NCBI GenBank assembly: GCA_964057225.1
Contig: OZ059900.1
Location: forward strand, 8,184,001 to 8,248,000
From: Auanema rhodensis
Lineage: Eukaryota > Animalia > Nematoda
Direction: 5' to 3'
Length of the DNA stretch: 64,000 nucleotides
Part shown: positions 39,401 to 54,900 of the stretch, piece after piece
How the letters are laid out: every line of letters begins with the position of its first letter
Numbering within the stretch: the stretch's first letter is position 1
Program-made: the position numbers and the translations under genes
The notes under the pieces: model-generated
Databases searched by the model: none
Told to the model about the DNA's origin: nothing
What the model saw: only the letters and a program-made list of their open reading frames with translations

Positions 39401-42400
39401 TATTTTTACATATATATGTTCAATTTTAACTACTTTGGTCAAACAGGACCGAAAATATCAAGAATTATTGGTTTTTTGGGGATTGAAGGGCATTTTGGCT
39501 AAATCAGTCAAACTTTTGATCTTAAGCATATTTTTTTCTTCTAAAACGACTAAATGTATGGAATACTGTCATAGAATGTTGATATAGGTGTATTTTGCAC
39601 GAATATCGAAACTGATTGAAATATGGGCCTTTTTATGCTCAAAACGCCATATATTCAACGATTTTGGGTACAAAACATGTGAAAACTGTATGTTTTGATC
39701 AGACCCTTTGAGATATGGATTTGAAATTCAGGATTCATAAACTTTGACTATTTTTACATATATATGTTCAATTTTAACCACTTTGGTCAAAAAGGACCGA
39801 AAATATCAAGAATTATTGGTTTTTTGGGGTTTGAAGGGCATTTTGGCAAAATCAGTCAAACTTTTGATCTTAAGCATATTTTTTTCTTCTAAAACAACTA
39901 TATGTATGAAATACTGTCATAGAATGTTCATATAGGTGTATTTTGCACGAATATCAAAACTGATTGAAATATGGGCCTTTTTATGCTCAAAACGCCATAT
40001 ATTCAACGATTTTGGGTACAAAACATGTGAAAACTGTATGTTTTGATCAGACCCTTTGAGATATGGATTTGAAATTCAGGATTCATAAACTTTGACTATT
40101 TTTACATATATATGTTCAATTTTAACCACTTTGGTCAAAAAGGACCGAAAATATCAAGAATTATTGGTTTTTTGGGGATTGAAGGGCATTTTGGCAAAAT
40201 CAGTCAAACTTTTGATCTTAAGCATATTTTTTTCTTCTAAAACGACTAAATGTATGGAATACTGTCATAGAATGTTGATATAGGTGTATTTTGCACGAAT
40301 ATCGAAACTGATTGAAATATGGGCCTTTTTATGCTTAAAACGCCATATATTCAACGATTTTGGGTACAAAACATGTGAAAACTGTATGTTTTGATCAGAC
40401 TCTTTGAGATATGGATTTGAAATTCAGGATTCATAAACTTTGACTATTTTTACATATATATGTTCAATTTTAACCACTTTGGTCAAGAAGGACCGAAAAT
40501 ATCAAGAATTATTGGTTTTTTGGGGATTGAAGGGCATTTTGGCAAAATCAGTCAAACTTTTGATCTTAAGCATATTTTTTTCTTCTAAAACGACTAAATG
40601 TATGGAATACTGTCATAGAATGTTGATATAGGTGTATTTTGCACGAATATCGAAACTGATTGAAATATGGGCCTTTTTATGCTCAAAACGCCATATATTC
40701 AACGATTTTGGGTACAAAACATGTGAAAACTGTATGTTTTGATCAGACTCTTTGAGATATGGATTTGAAATTCAGGATTCATAAACTTTGACTATTTTTA
40801 CATATATATGTTCAATTTTAACCACTTTGGTCAAAAAGGACCGAAAATATCAAGAATTATTGGTTTTTTGGGGATTGAAGGGCATTTTGGCAAAATCAGT
40901 CAAACTTTTGATCTTAAGCATATTTTTTTCTTCTAAAACGACTAAATGTATGGAATACTGTCATAGAATGTTGATATAGGTGTATTTTGCACGAATATCG
41001 AAACTGATTGAAATATGGGCCTTTTTATGCTCAAAACGCCATATATTCAACGATTTTGGGTACAAAACATGTGAAAACTGTATGTTTTGATCAGACCCTT
41101 TGAGATATGGATTTGAAATTCAGGATTTATAAACTTCGACTATTTTTACATATATATGTTCAATTTTAACTACTTTGGTCAAACAGGACCGAAAATATCA
41201 AGAATTATTGGTTTTTTGGGGATTGAAGGGCATTTTGGCTAAATCAGTCAAACTTTTGATCTTAAGCATATTTTTTTCTTCTAAAACGACTAAATGTATG
41301 GAATACTGTCATAGAATGTTGATATAGGTGTATTTTGCACGAATATCGAAACTGATTGAAATATGGGCCTTTTTATGCTCAAAACGCCATATATTCAACG
41401 ATTTTGGGTACAAAACATGTGAAAACTGTATGTTTTGATCAGACCCTTTGAGATATGGATTTGAAATTCAGGATTCATAAACTTTGACTATTTTTACATA
41501 TATATGTTCAATTTTAACCACTTTGGTCAAAAAGGACCGAAAATATCAAGAATTATTGGTTTTTTGGGGTTTGAAGGGCATTTTGGCAAAATCAGTCAAA
41601 CTTTTGATCTTAAGCATATTTTTTTCTTCTAAAACAACTATATGTATGAAATACTGTCATAGAATGTTCATATAGGTGTATTTTGCACGAATATCAAAAC
41701 TGATTGAAATATGGGCCTTTTTATGCTCAAAACGCCATATATTCAACGATTTTGGGTACAAAACATGTGAAAACTGTATGTTTTGATCAGACCCTTTGAG
41801 ATATGGATTTGAAATTCAGGATTCATAAACTTTGACTATTTTTACATATATATGTTCAATTTTAACCACTTTGGTCAAAAAGGACCGAAAATATCAAGAA
41901 TTATTGGTTTTTTGGGGTTTGAAGGGCATTTTGGCAAAATCAGTCAAACTTTTGATCTTAAGCATATTTTTTTCTTCTAAAACGACTAAATGTATGGAAT
42001 ACTGTCATAGAATGTTGATATAAGTGTATTTTGCACGAATATCAAAACTGATTGAAATATGGGCCTTTTTATGCTCAAAACGCCATATATTCAACGATTT
42101 TGGGTACAAAACATGTGAAAACTGTATGTTTTGATCAGACCCTTTGAGATATGGATTTGAAATTCAGGATTCATAAACTTTGACTATTTTTACATATATA
42201 TGTCCAGTTTTAACCACTTTGGTCAAAAAGGACCGAAAATATCAAGAATTATTGGTTTTTTGGGGTTTGAAGGGCATTTTGGCAAAATCAGTCAAACTTT
42301 TGATCTTAAGCATATTTTTTTCTTCTAAAACGACTAAATGTATGAAATACTGTCAAAGAATGTTCATATAGGTGTATTTTGCACGAATATCAAAACTGAT

Positions 42401-45400
42401 TGAAATATGGGCCTTTTTATGCTCAAAACGCCATATATTCAACGATTTTGGGTACAAAACATGTGAAAACTGTATGTTTTGATCAGACTCTTTGAGATAT
42501 GGATTTGAAATTCAGGATTCATAAACTTTGACTATTTTTACATATATATGTTCAATTTTAACCACTTTGGTCAAGAAGGACCGAAAATATCAAGAATTAT
42601 TGGTTTTTTGGGGATTGAAGGGCATTTTGGCAAAATCAGTCAAACTTTTGATCTTAAGCATATTTTTTTCTTCTAAAACGACTAAATGTATGGAATACTG
42701 TCATAGAATGTTGATATAGGTGTATTTTGCACGAATATCGAAACTGATTGAAATATGGGCCTTTTTATGCTCAAAACGCCATATATTCAACGATTTTGGG
42801 TACAAAACATGTGAAAACTGTATGTTTTGATCAGACTCTTTGAGATATGGATTTGAAATTCAGGATTCATAAACTTTGACTATTTTTACATATATATGTT
42901 CAATTTTAACCACTTTGATCAAAAAGGACCGAAAATATCAAGAATTATTGGTTTTTTGGGGATTGAAGGGCATTTTGGCAAAATCAGTCAAACTTTTGAT
43001 CTTAAGCATATTTTTTTCTTCTAAAACGACTAAATGTATGGAATACTGTCATAGAATGTTGATATAGGTGTATTTTGCACGAATATCGAAACTGATTGAA
43101 ATATGGGCCTTTTTATGCTCAAAACGCCATATATTCAACGATTTTGGGTACAAAACATGTGAAAACTGTATGTTTTGATCAGACCCTTTGAGATATGGAT
43201 TTGAAATTCAGGATTTATAAACTTCGACTATTTTTACATATATATGTTCAATTTTAACTACTTTGGTCAAACAGGACCGAAAATATCAAGAATTATTGGT
43301 TTTTTGGGGATTGAAGGGCATTTTGGCTAAATCAGTCAAACTTTTGATCTTAAGCATATTTTTTTCTTCTAAAACGACTAAATGTATGGAATACTGTCAT
43401 AGAATGTTGATATAGGTGTATTTTGCACGAATATCGAAACTGATTGAAATATGGGCCTTTTTATGCTCAAAACGCCATATATTCAACGATTTTGGGTACA
43501 AAACATGTGAAAACTGTATGTTTTGATCAGACCCTTTGAGATATGGATTTGAAATTCAGGATTCATAAACTTTGACTATTTTTACATATATATGTTCAAT
43601 TTTAACCACTTTGGTCAAAAAGGACCGAAAATATCAAGAATTATTGGTTTTTTGGGGTTTGAAGGGCATTTTGGCAAAATCAGTCAAACTTTTGATCTTA
43701 AGCATATTTTTTTCTTCTAAAACAACTATATGTATGAAATACTGTCATAGAATGTTCATATAGGTGTATTTTGCACGAATATCAAAACTGATTGAAATAT
43801 GGGCCTTTTTATGCTCAAAACGCCATATATTCAACGATTTTGGGTACAAAACATGTGAAAACTGTATGTTTTGATCAGACCCTTTGAGATATGGATTTGA
43901 AATTCAGGATTCATAAACTTTGACTATTTTTACATATATATGTTCAATTTTAACCACTTTGGTCAAAAAGGACCGAAAATATCAAGAATTATTGGTTTTT
44001 TGGGGTTTGAAGGGCATTTTGGCAAAATCAGTCAAACTTTTGATCTTAAGCATATTTTTTTCTTCTAAAACGACTAAATGTATGGAATACTGTCATAGAA
44101 TGTTGATATAAGTGTATTTTGCACGAATATCAAAACTGATTGAAATATGGGCCTTTTTATGCTCAAAACGCCATATATTCAACGATTTTGGGTACAAAAC
44201 ATGTGAAAACTGTATGTTTTGATCAGACCCTTTGAGATATGGATTTGAAATTCAGGATTCATAAACTTTGACTATTTTTACATATATATGTCCAGTTTTA
44301 ACCACTTTGGTCAAAAAGGACCGAAAATATCAAGAATTATTGGTTTTTTGGGGTTTGAAGGGCATTTTGGCAAAATCAGTCAAACTTTTGATCTTAAGCA
44401 TATTTTTTTCTTCTAAAACGACTAAATGTATGAAATACTGTCAAAGAATGTTCATATAGGTGTATTTTGCACGAATATCAAAACTGATTGAAATATGGGC
44501 CTTTTTATGCTCAAAACGCCATATATTCAACGATTTTGGGTACAAAACATGTGAAAACTGTATGTTTTGATCAGACTCTTTGAGATATGGATTTGAAATT
44601 CAGGATTCATAAACTTTGACTATTTTTACATATATATGTTCAATTTTAACCACTTTGGTCAAAAAGGACCGAAAATATCAAGAATTATTGGTTTTTTGGG
44701 GATTGAAGGGCATTTTGGCAAAATCAGTCAAACTTTTGATCTTAAGCATATTTTTTTCTTCTAAAACAACTAAATGTATGGAATACTGTCATAGAATGTT
44801 GATATAGGTGTATTTTGCACGAATATCGAAACTGATTGAAATATGGGCCTTTTTATGCTTAAAACGCCATATATTCAACGATTTTGGGTACAAAACATGT
44901 GAAAACTGTATGTTTTGATCAGACTCTTTGAGATATGGATTTGAAATTCAGGATTCATAAACTTTGACTATTTTTACATATATATGTTCAATTTTAACCA
45001 CTTTGGTCAAGAAGGACCGAAAATATCAAGAATTATTGGTTTTTTGGGGATTGAAGGGCATTTTGGCAAAATCAGTCAAACTTTTGATCTTAAGCATATT
45101 TTTTTCTTCTAAAACGACTAAATGTATGGAATACTGTCATAGAATGTTGATATAGGTGTATTTTGCACGAATATCGAAACTGATTGAAATATGGGCCTTT
45201 TTATGCTCAAAACGCCATATATTCAACGATTTTGGGTACAAAACATGTGAAAACTGTATGTTTTGATCAGACTCTTTGAGATATGGATTTGAAATTCAGG
45301 ATTCATAAACTTTGACTATTTTTACATATATATGTTCAATTTTAACCACTTTGGTCAAAAAGGACCGAAAATATCAAGAATTATTGGTTTTTTGGGGATT

Positions 45401-48400
45401 GAAGGGCATTTTGGCAAAATCAGTCAAACTTTTGATCTTAAGCATATTTTTTTCTTCTAAAACGACTAAATGTATGGAATACTGTCATAGAATGTTGATA
45501 TAGGTGTATTTTGCACGAATATCGAAACTGATTGAAATATGGGCCTTTTTATGCTCAAAACGCCATATATTCAACGATTTTGGGTACAAAACATGTGAAA
45601 ACTGTATGTTTTGATCAGACCCTTTGAGATATGGATTTGAAATTCAGGATTTATAAACTTCGACTATTTTTACATATATATGTTCAATTTTAACTACTTT
45701 GGTCAAACAGGACCGAAAATATCAAGAATTATTGGTTTTTTGGGGATTGAAGGGCATTTTGGCTAAATCAGTCAAACTTTTGATCTTAAGCATATTTTTT
45801 TCTTCTAAAACGACTAAATGTATGGAATACTGTCATAGAATGTTGATATAGGTGTATTTTGCACGAATATCGAAACTGATTGAAATATGGGCCTTTTTAT
45901 GCTCAAAACGCCATATATTCAACGATTTTGGGTACAAAACATGTGAAAACTGTATGTTTTGATCAGACCCTTTGAGATATGGATTTGAAATTCAGGATTC
46001 ATAAACTTTGACTATTTTTACATATATATGTTCAATTTTAACCACTTTGGTCAAAAAGGACCGAAAATATCAAGAATTATTGGTTTTTTGGGGTTTGAAG
46101 GGCATTTTGGCAAAATCAGTCAAACTTTTGATCTTAAGCATATTTTTTTCTTCTAAAACAACTATATGTATGAAATACTGTCATAGAATGTTCATATAGG
46201 TGTATTTTGCACGAATATCAAAACTGATTGAAATATGGGCCTTTTTATGCTCAAAACGCCATATATTCAACGATTTTGGGTACAAAACATGTGAAAACTG
46301 TATGTTTTGATCAGACCCTTTGAGATATGGATTTGAAATTCAGGATTCATAAACTTTGACTATTTTTACATATATATGTTCAATTTTAACCACTTTGGTC
46401 AAAAAGGACCGAAAATATCAAGAATTATTGGTTTTTTGGGGTTTGAAGGGCATTTTGGCAAAATCAGTCAAACTTTTGATCTTAAGCATATTTTTTTCTT
46501 CTAAAACGACTAAATGTATGGAATACTGTCATAGAATGTTGATATAAGTGTATTTTGCACGAATATCAAAACTGATTGAAATATGGGCCTTTTTATGCTC
46601 AAAACGCCATATATTCAACGATTTTGGGTACAAAACATGTGAAAACTGTATGTTTTGATCAGACCCTTTGAGATATGGATTTGAAATTCAGGATTCATAA
46701 ACTTTGACTATTTTTACATATATATGTCCAGTTTTAACCACTTTGGTCAAAAAGGACCGAAAATATCAAGAATTATTGGTTTTTTGGGGTTTGAAGGGCA
46801 TTTTGGCAAAATCAGTCAAACTTTTGATCTTAAGCATATTTTTTTCTTCTAAAACGACTAAATGTATGAAATACTGTCAAAGAATGTTCATATAGGTGTA
46901 TTTTGCACGAATATCAAAACTGATTGAAATATGGGCCTTTTTATGCTCAAAACGCCATATATTCAACGATTTTGGGTACAAAACATGTGAAAACTGTATG
47001 TTTTGATCAGACTCTTTGAGATATGGATTTGAAATTCAGGATTCATAAACTTTGACTATTTTTACATATATATGTTCAATTTTAACCACTTTGGTCAAAA
47101 AGGACCGAAAATATCAAGAATTATTGGTTTTTTGGGGATTGAAGGGCATTTTGGCAAAATCAGTCAAACTTTTGATCTTAAGCATATTTTTTTCTTCTAA
47201 AACGACTAAATGTATGGAATACTGTCATAGAATGTTGATATAGGTGTATTTTGCACGAATATCGAAACTGATTGAAATATGGGCCTTTTTATGCTCAAAA
47301 CGCCATATATTCAACGATTTTGGGTACAAAACATGTGAAAACTGTATGTTTTGATCAGACCCTTTGAGATATGGATTTGAAATTCAGGATTTATAAACTT
47401 CGACTATTTTTACATATATATGTTCAATTTTAACTACTTTGGTCAAACAGGACCGAAAATATCAAGAATTATTGGTTTTTTGGGGATTGAAGGGCATTTT
47501 GGCTAAATCAGTCAAACTTTTGATCTTAAGCATATTTTTTTCTTCTAAAACGACTAAATGTATGGAATACTGTCATAGAATGTTGATATAGGTGTATTTT
47601 GCACGAATATCGAAACTGATTGAAATATGGGCCTTTTTATGCTCAAAACGCCATATATTCAACGATTTTGGGTACAAAACATGTGAAAACTGTATGTTTT
47701 GATCAGACCCTTTGAGATATGGATTTGAAATTCAGGATTCATAAACTTTGACTATTTTTACATATATATGTTCAATTTTAACCACTTTGGTCAAAAAGGA
47801 CCGAAAATATCAAGAATTATTGGTTTTTTGGGGTTTGAAGGGCATTTTGGCAAAATCAGTCAAACTTTTGATCTTAAGCATATTTTTTTCTTCTAAAACA
47901 ACTATATGTATGAAATACTGTCATAGAATGTTCATATAGGTGTATTTTGCACGAATATCAAAACTGATTGAAATATGGGCCTTTTTATGCTCAAAACGCC
48001 ATATATTCAACGATTTTGGGTACAAAACATGTGAAAACTGTATGTTTTGATCAGACCCTTTGAGATATGGATTTGAAATTCAGGATTCATAAACTTTGAC
48101 TATTTTTACATATATATGTCCAGTTTTAACCACTTTGGTCAAAAAGGACCGAAAATATCAAGAATTATTGGTTTTTTGGGGTTTGAAGGGCATTTTGGCA
48201 AAATCAGTCAAACTTTTGATCTTAAGCATATTTTTTTCTTCTAAAACGACTAAATGTATGAAATACTGTCAAAGAATGTTCATATAGGTGTATTTTGCAC
48301 GAATATCAAAACTGATTGAAATATGGGCCTTTTTATGCTCAAAACGCCATATATTCAACGATTTTGGGTACAAAACATGTGAAAACTGTATGTTTTGATC

Positions 48401-48983
48401 AGACTCTTTGAGATATGGATTTGAAATTCAGGATTCATAAACTTTGACTATTTTTACATATATATGTTCAATTTTAACCACTTTGGTCAAAAAGGACCGA
48501 AAATATCAAGAATTATTGGTTTTTTGGGGATTGAAGGGCATTTTGGCAAAATCAGTCAAACTTTTGATCTTAAGCATATTTTTTTCTTCTAAAACGACTA
48601 AATGTATGGAATACTGTCATAGAATGTTGATATAGGTGTATTTTGCACGAATATCGAAACTGATTGAAATATGGGCCTTTTTATGCTCAAAACGCCATAT
48701 ATTCAACGATTTTGGGTACAAAACATGTGAAAACTGTATGTTTTGATCAGACCCTTTGAGATATGGATTTGAAATTCAGGATTCATAAACTTTGACTATT
48801 TTTACATATATATGTTCAATTTTAACCACTTTGGTCAAAAAGGACCGAAAATATCAAGAATTATTGGTTTTTTGGGGTTTGAAGGGCATTTTGGCAAAAT
48901 CAGTCAAACTTTTGATCTTAAGCATATTTTTTTCTTCTAAAACGACTAAATGTATGGAATACTGTCATAGAATGTTGATATAA
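36456..48983. repeat. Domain of variable-length higher-order repeats (5-, 5-, 6-, 7-, 5-mer)
   Basis: A GGTCAAACAGG monomer followed by an ACAACTATATG monomer recurs with the latter's ORF starts at 38004, 39744, 41484, 43572, 46008 and 47748 (spacings 1740, 1740, 2088, 2436, 1740). Confidence 0.85.
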
Positions 48984-51900
48984 GTGTATTTTGCACGAAT
49001 ATCAAAACTGATTGAAATATGGGCCTTTTTATGCTCAAAACGCCATATATTCAACGATTTTGGGTACAAAACATGTGAAAACTGTATGTTTTGATCAGAC
49101 CCTTTGAGATATGGATTTGAAATTCAGGATTCATAAACTTTGACTATTTTTACATATATATGTCCAGTTTTAACCACTTTGGTCAAAAAGGACCGAAAAT
49201 ATCAAGAATTATTGGTTTTTTGGGGTTTGAAGGGCATTTTGGCAAAATCAGTCAAACTTTTGATCTTAAGCATATTTTTTTCTTCTAAAACGACTAAATG
49301 TATGAAATACTGTCAAAGAATGTTCATATAGGTGTATTTTGCACGAATATCAAAACTGATTGAAATATGGGCCTTTTTATGCTCAAAACGCCATATATTC
49401 AACGATTTTGGGTACAAAACATGTGAAAACTGTATGTTTTGATCAGACTCTTTGAGATATGGATTTGAAATTCAGGATTCATAAACTTTGACTATTTTTA
49501 CATATATATGTTCAATTTTAACCACTTTGGTCAAAAAGGACCGAAAATATCAAGAATTATTGGTTTTTTGGGGATTGAAGGGCATTTTGGCAAAATCAGT
49601 CAAACTTTTGATCTTAAGCATATTTTTTTCTTCTAAAACGACTAAATGTATGAAATACTGTCATAGAATGTTCATATAGGTGTATTTTGCACGAATATCA
49701 AAACTGATTGAAATATGGGCCTTTTTATGCTCAAAACGCCATATATTCAACGATTTTGGGTACAAAACATGTGAAAACTGTATGTTTTGATCAGACCCTT
49801 TGAGATATGGATTTGAAATTCAGGATTCATAAACTTTGACTATTTTTACATATATATGTTCAATTTTAACCACTTTGGTCAAAAAGGACCGAAAATATCA
49901 AGAATTATTGGTTTTTTGGGGTTTGAAGGGCATTTTGGCTAAATCAGTCAAACTTTTGATCTTAAGCATATTTTTTTCTTCTAAAACGACTAAATGTATG
50001 AAATACTGTCATAGAATGTTCATATAGGTGTATTTTGCACGAATATCAAAACTGATTGAAATATGGGCCTTTTTATGCTCAAAACGCCATATATTCAACG
50101 ATTTTGGGTACAAAACATGTGAAAACTGTATGTTTTGATCAGACCCTTTGAGATATGGATTTCAAATTCAGGATTCATAAACTTTGACTATTTTTACATA
50201 TATATGTTCAATTTTAACCACTTTGGTCAAAAAGGACCGAAAATATCAAGAATTATTGGTTTTTTGGGGTTTGAAGGGCATTTTGGCAAAATCAGTCAAA
50301 CTTTTGATCTTAAGCATATTTTTTTCTTCTAAAACAACTACATGTATGAAATACTGTCATAGAATGTTCATATAGGTGTATTTTGCACGAATATCAAAAC
50401 TGATTGAAATATGGGCCTTTTTATGCTCAAAACGCCATATATTCAACGATTTTGGGTACAAAACATGTGAAAACTGTATGTTTTGATCAGACTCTTTGAG
50501 ATATGGATTTGAAATTCAGGATTCATAAACTTTGACTATTTTTACATATATATGTTCAATTTTAACCACTTTGGTCAAAAAGGACCGAAAATATTAAGAA
50601 TTATTGGTTTTTTGGGGATTGAAGGGCATTTTGGCAAAATCAGTCAAACTTTTGATCTTAAGCATATTTTTTTCTTCTAAAACGACTAAATGTATGGAAT
50701 ACTGTCATAGAATGTTGATATAGGTGTATTTTGCACGAATATCGAAACTGATTGAAATATGGGCCTTTTTATGCTCAAAACGCCATATATTCAACGATTT
50801 TGGGTACAAAACATGTGAAAACTGTATGTTTTGATCAGACCCTTTGAGATATGGATTTGAAATTCAGGATTTATAAACTTCGACTATTTTTACATATATA
50901 TGTCCAATTTTAACCACTTTGGTCAAAAAGGACCGAAAATATCAAGAATTATTGGTTTTTTGGGGTTTGAAGGGCATTTTGGCTAAATCAGTCAAACTTT
51001 TGATCTTAAGCATATTTTTTTCTTCTAAAACGACTAAATTTATGAAATACTGTCAAAGAATGTTCATATAGGTGTATTTTGCACGAATGGCAAAACTGAT
51101 TGAAATATGGGCCTTTTTATGCTCAAAACGCCATATATTCAACGATTTTGGGTACAAAACATGTGAAAACTGTATGTTTTGATCAGACCCTTTGAGATAT
51201 GGATTTGAAATTCAGGATTTATAAACTTCGACTATTTTTACATATATATGTCCAATTTTAACCACTTTGGTCAAAAAGGACCGAAAATATCAAGAATTAT
51301 TGGTTTTTTGGGGTTTGAAGGGCATTTTGGCTAAATCAGTCAAACTTTTGATCTTAAGCATATTTTTTTCTTCTAAAACGACTAAATTTATGAAATACTG
51401 TCAAAGAATGTTCATATAGGTGTATTTTGCACGAATGGCAAAACTGATTGAAATATGGGCCTTTTTATGCTCAAAACGCCATATATTCAACGATTTTGGG
51501 TACAAAACATGTGAAAACTGTATGTTTTGATCAGACCCTTTGAGATATGGATTTGAAATTCAGGATTCATAAACTTTGACTATTTTTACATATATATGTT
51601 CAATTTTAACCACTTTGGTCGAAAAGGACCGAAAATATCAAGAATTATTGGTTTTTTGGGGTTTGAAGGGCATTTTGGCTAAATCAGTCAAACTCTTGAT
51701 CTTAAGCATATTTTTTTCTTCTAAAACGACTAAATGTATGAAATACTGTCTTAGAATGTTCATATAGGTGTATTTTGCACGAATATCAAAACTGATTGAA
51801 ATATGGGCCTTTTTATGCTCAAAACGCCATATATTCAACGATTTTGGGTACAAAACATGTGAAAACTGTATGTTTTGATCAGACCCTTTGAGATATGGAT

Positions 51901-54900
51901 TTGAAATTCAGGATTCATAAACTTTGACTATTTTTACATATATATGTCCAATTTTAACCACTTTGGTCAAAAAGGACCGAAAATATCAAGAATTATTGGT
52001 TTTTTGGGGATTGAAGGGCATTTTGGCAAAATCAGTCAAACTTTTGATCTTAAGCATATTTTTTTCTTCTAAAACGACTAAATGTATGGAATACTGTCAT
52101 AGAATGTTGATATAGGTGTATTTTGCACGAATATCGAAACTGATTGAAATATGGGCCTTTTTATGCTCAAAACGCCATATATTCAACGATTTTGGGTACA
52201 AAACATGTGAAAACTGTATGTTTTGATCAGACCCTTTGAGATATGGATTTGAAATTCAGGATTCATAAACTTTGACTATTTTCACATATATATGTTCAAT
52301 TTTAACCACTTTGGTCAAAAAGGACCGAAAATATCAAGAATTATTGGTTTTTTGGGGTTTGAAGGACATTTTAGCTAAATCAGTCAAACTTTTGATCTTA
52401 AGCATATTTTTTTCTTCTAAAACGACTAAATGTATGGAATACTGTCATAGAATGTTGATATAAGTGTATTTTGCACGAATATCAAAACTGATTGAAATAT
52501 GGGCCTTTTTATGCTCAAAACGCCATATATTCAACGATTTTGGGTACAAAACATGTGAAAACTGTATGTTTTGATCAGACCCTTTGAGATATGGATTTGA
52601 AATTCAGGATTCATAAACTTTGACTATTTTTACATATATATGTCCAGTTTTAACCACTTTGGTCAAAAAGGACCGAAAATATCAAGAATTATTGGTTTTT
52701 TGGGGTTTGAAGGGCATTTTGGCAAAATCAGTCAAACTTTTGATCTTAAGCATATTTTTTTCTTCTAAAACGACTAAATGTATGAAATACTGTCAAAGAA
52801 TGTTCATATAGGTGTATTTTGCACGAATATCAAAACTGATTGAAATATGGGCCTTTTTATGCTCAAAACGCCATATATTCAACGATTTTGGGTACAAAAC
52901 ATGTGAAAACTGTATGTTTTGATCAGACTCTTTGAGATATGGATTTGAAATTCAGGATTCATAAACTTTGACTATTTTTACATATATATGTTCAATTTTA
53001 ACCACTTTGGTCAAAAAGGACCGAAAATATCAAGAATTATTGGTTTTTTGGGGATTGAAGGGCATTTTGGCAAAATCAGTCAAACTTTTGATCTTAAGCA
53101 TATTTTTTTCTTCTAAAACGACTAAATGTATGAAATACTGTCATAGAATGTTCATATAGGTGTATTTTGCACGAATATCAAAACTGATTGAAATATGGGC
53201 CTTTTTATGCTCAAAACGCCATATATTCAACGATTTTGGGTACAAAACATGTGAAAACTGTATGTTTTGATCAGACCCTTTGAGATATGGATTTGAAATT
53301 CAGGATTCATAAACTTTGACTATTTTTACATATATATGTTCAATTTTAACCACTTTGGTCAAAAAGGACCGAAAATATCAAGAATTATTGGTTTTTTGGG
53401 GTTTGAAGGGCATTTTGGCTAAATCAGTCAAACTTTTGATCTTAAGCATATTTTTTTCTTCTAAAACGACTAAATGTATGAAATACTGTCATAGAATGTT
53501 CATATAGGTGTATTTTGCACGAATATCAAAACTGATTGAAATATGGGCCTTTTTATGCTCAAAACGCCATATATTCAACGATTTTGGGTACAAAACATGT
53601 GAAAACTGTATGTTTTGATCAGACCCTTTGAGATATGGATTTCAAATTCAGGATTCATAAACTTTGACTATTTTTACATATATATGTTCAATTTTAACCA
53701 CTTTGGTCAAAAAGGACCGAAAATATCAAGAATTATTGGTTTTTTGGGGTTTGAAGGGCATTTTGGCAAAATCAGTCAAACTTTTGATCTTAAGCATATT
53801 TTTTTCTTCTAAAACAACTACATGTATGAAATACTGTCATAGAATGTTCATATAGGTGTATTTTGCACGAATATCAAAACTGATTGAAATATGGGCCTTT
53901 TTATGCTCAAAACGCCATATATTCAACGATTTTGGGTACAAAACATGTGAAAACTGTATGTTTTGATCAGACTCTTTGAGATATGGATTTGAAATTCAGG
54001 ATTCATAAACTTTGACTATTTTTACATATATATGTTCAATTTTAACCACTTTGGTCAAAAAGGACCGAAAATATTAAGAATTATTGGTTTTTTGGGGATT
54101 GAAGGGCATTTTGGCAAAATCAGTCAAACTTTTGATCTTAAGCATATTTTTTTCTTCTAAAACGACTAAATGTATGGAATACTGTCATAGAATGTTGATA
54201 TAGGTGTATTTTGCACGAATATCGAAACTGATTGAAATATGGGCCTTTTTATGCTCAAAACGCCATATATTCAACGATTTTGGGTACAAAACATGTGAAA
54301 ACTGTATGTTTTGATCAGACCCTTTGAGATATGGATTTGAAATTCAGGATTTATAAACTTCGACTATTTTTACATATATATGTCCAATTTTAACCACTTT
54401 GGTCAAAAAGGACCGAAAATATCAAGAATTATTGGTTTTTTGGGGTTTGAAGGGCATTTTGGCTAAATCAGTCAAACTTTTGATCTTAAGCATATTTTTT
54501 TCTTCTAAAACGACTAAATTTATGAAATACTGTCAAAGAATGTTCATATAGGTGTATTTTGCACGAATGGCAAAACTGATTGAAATATGGGCCTTTTTAT
54601 GCTCAAAACGCCATATATTCAACGATTTTGGGTACAAAACATGTGAAAACTGTATGTTTTGATCAGACCCTTTGAGATATGGATTTGAAATTCAGGATTT
54701 ATAAACTTCGACTATTTTTACATATATATGTCCAATTTTAACCACTTTGGTCAAAAAGGACCGAAAATATCAAGAATTATTGGTTTTTTGGGGTTTGAAG
54801 GGCATTTTGGCTAAATCAGTCAAACTTTTGATCTTAAGCATATTTTTTTCTTCTAAAACGACTAAATTTATGAAATACTGTCAAAGAATGTTCATATAGG

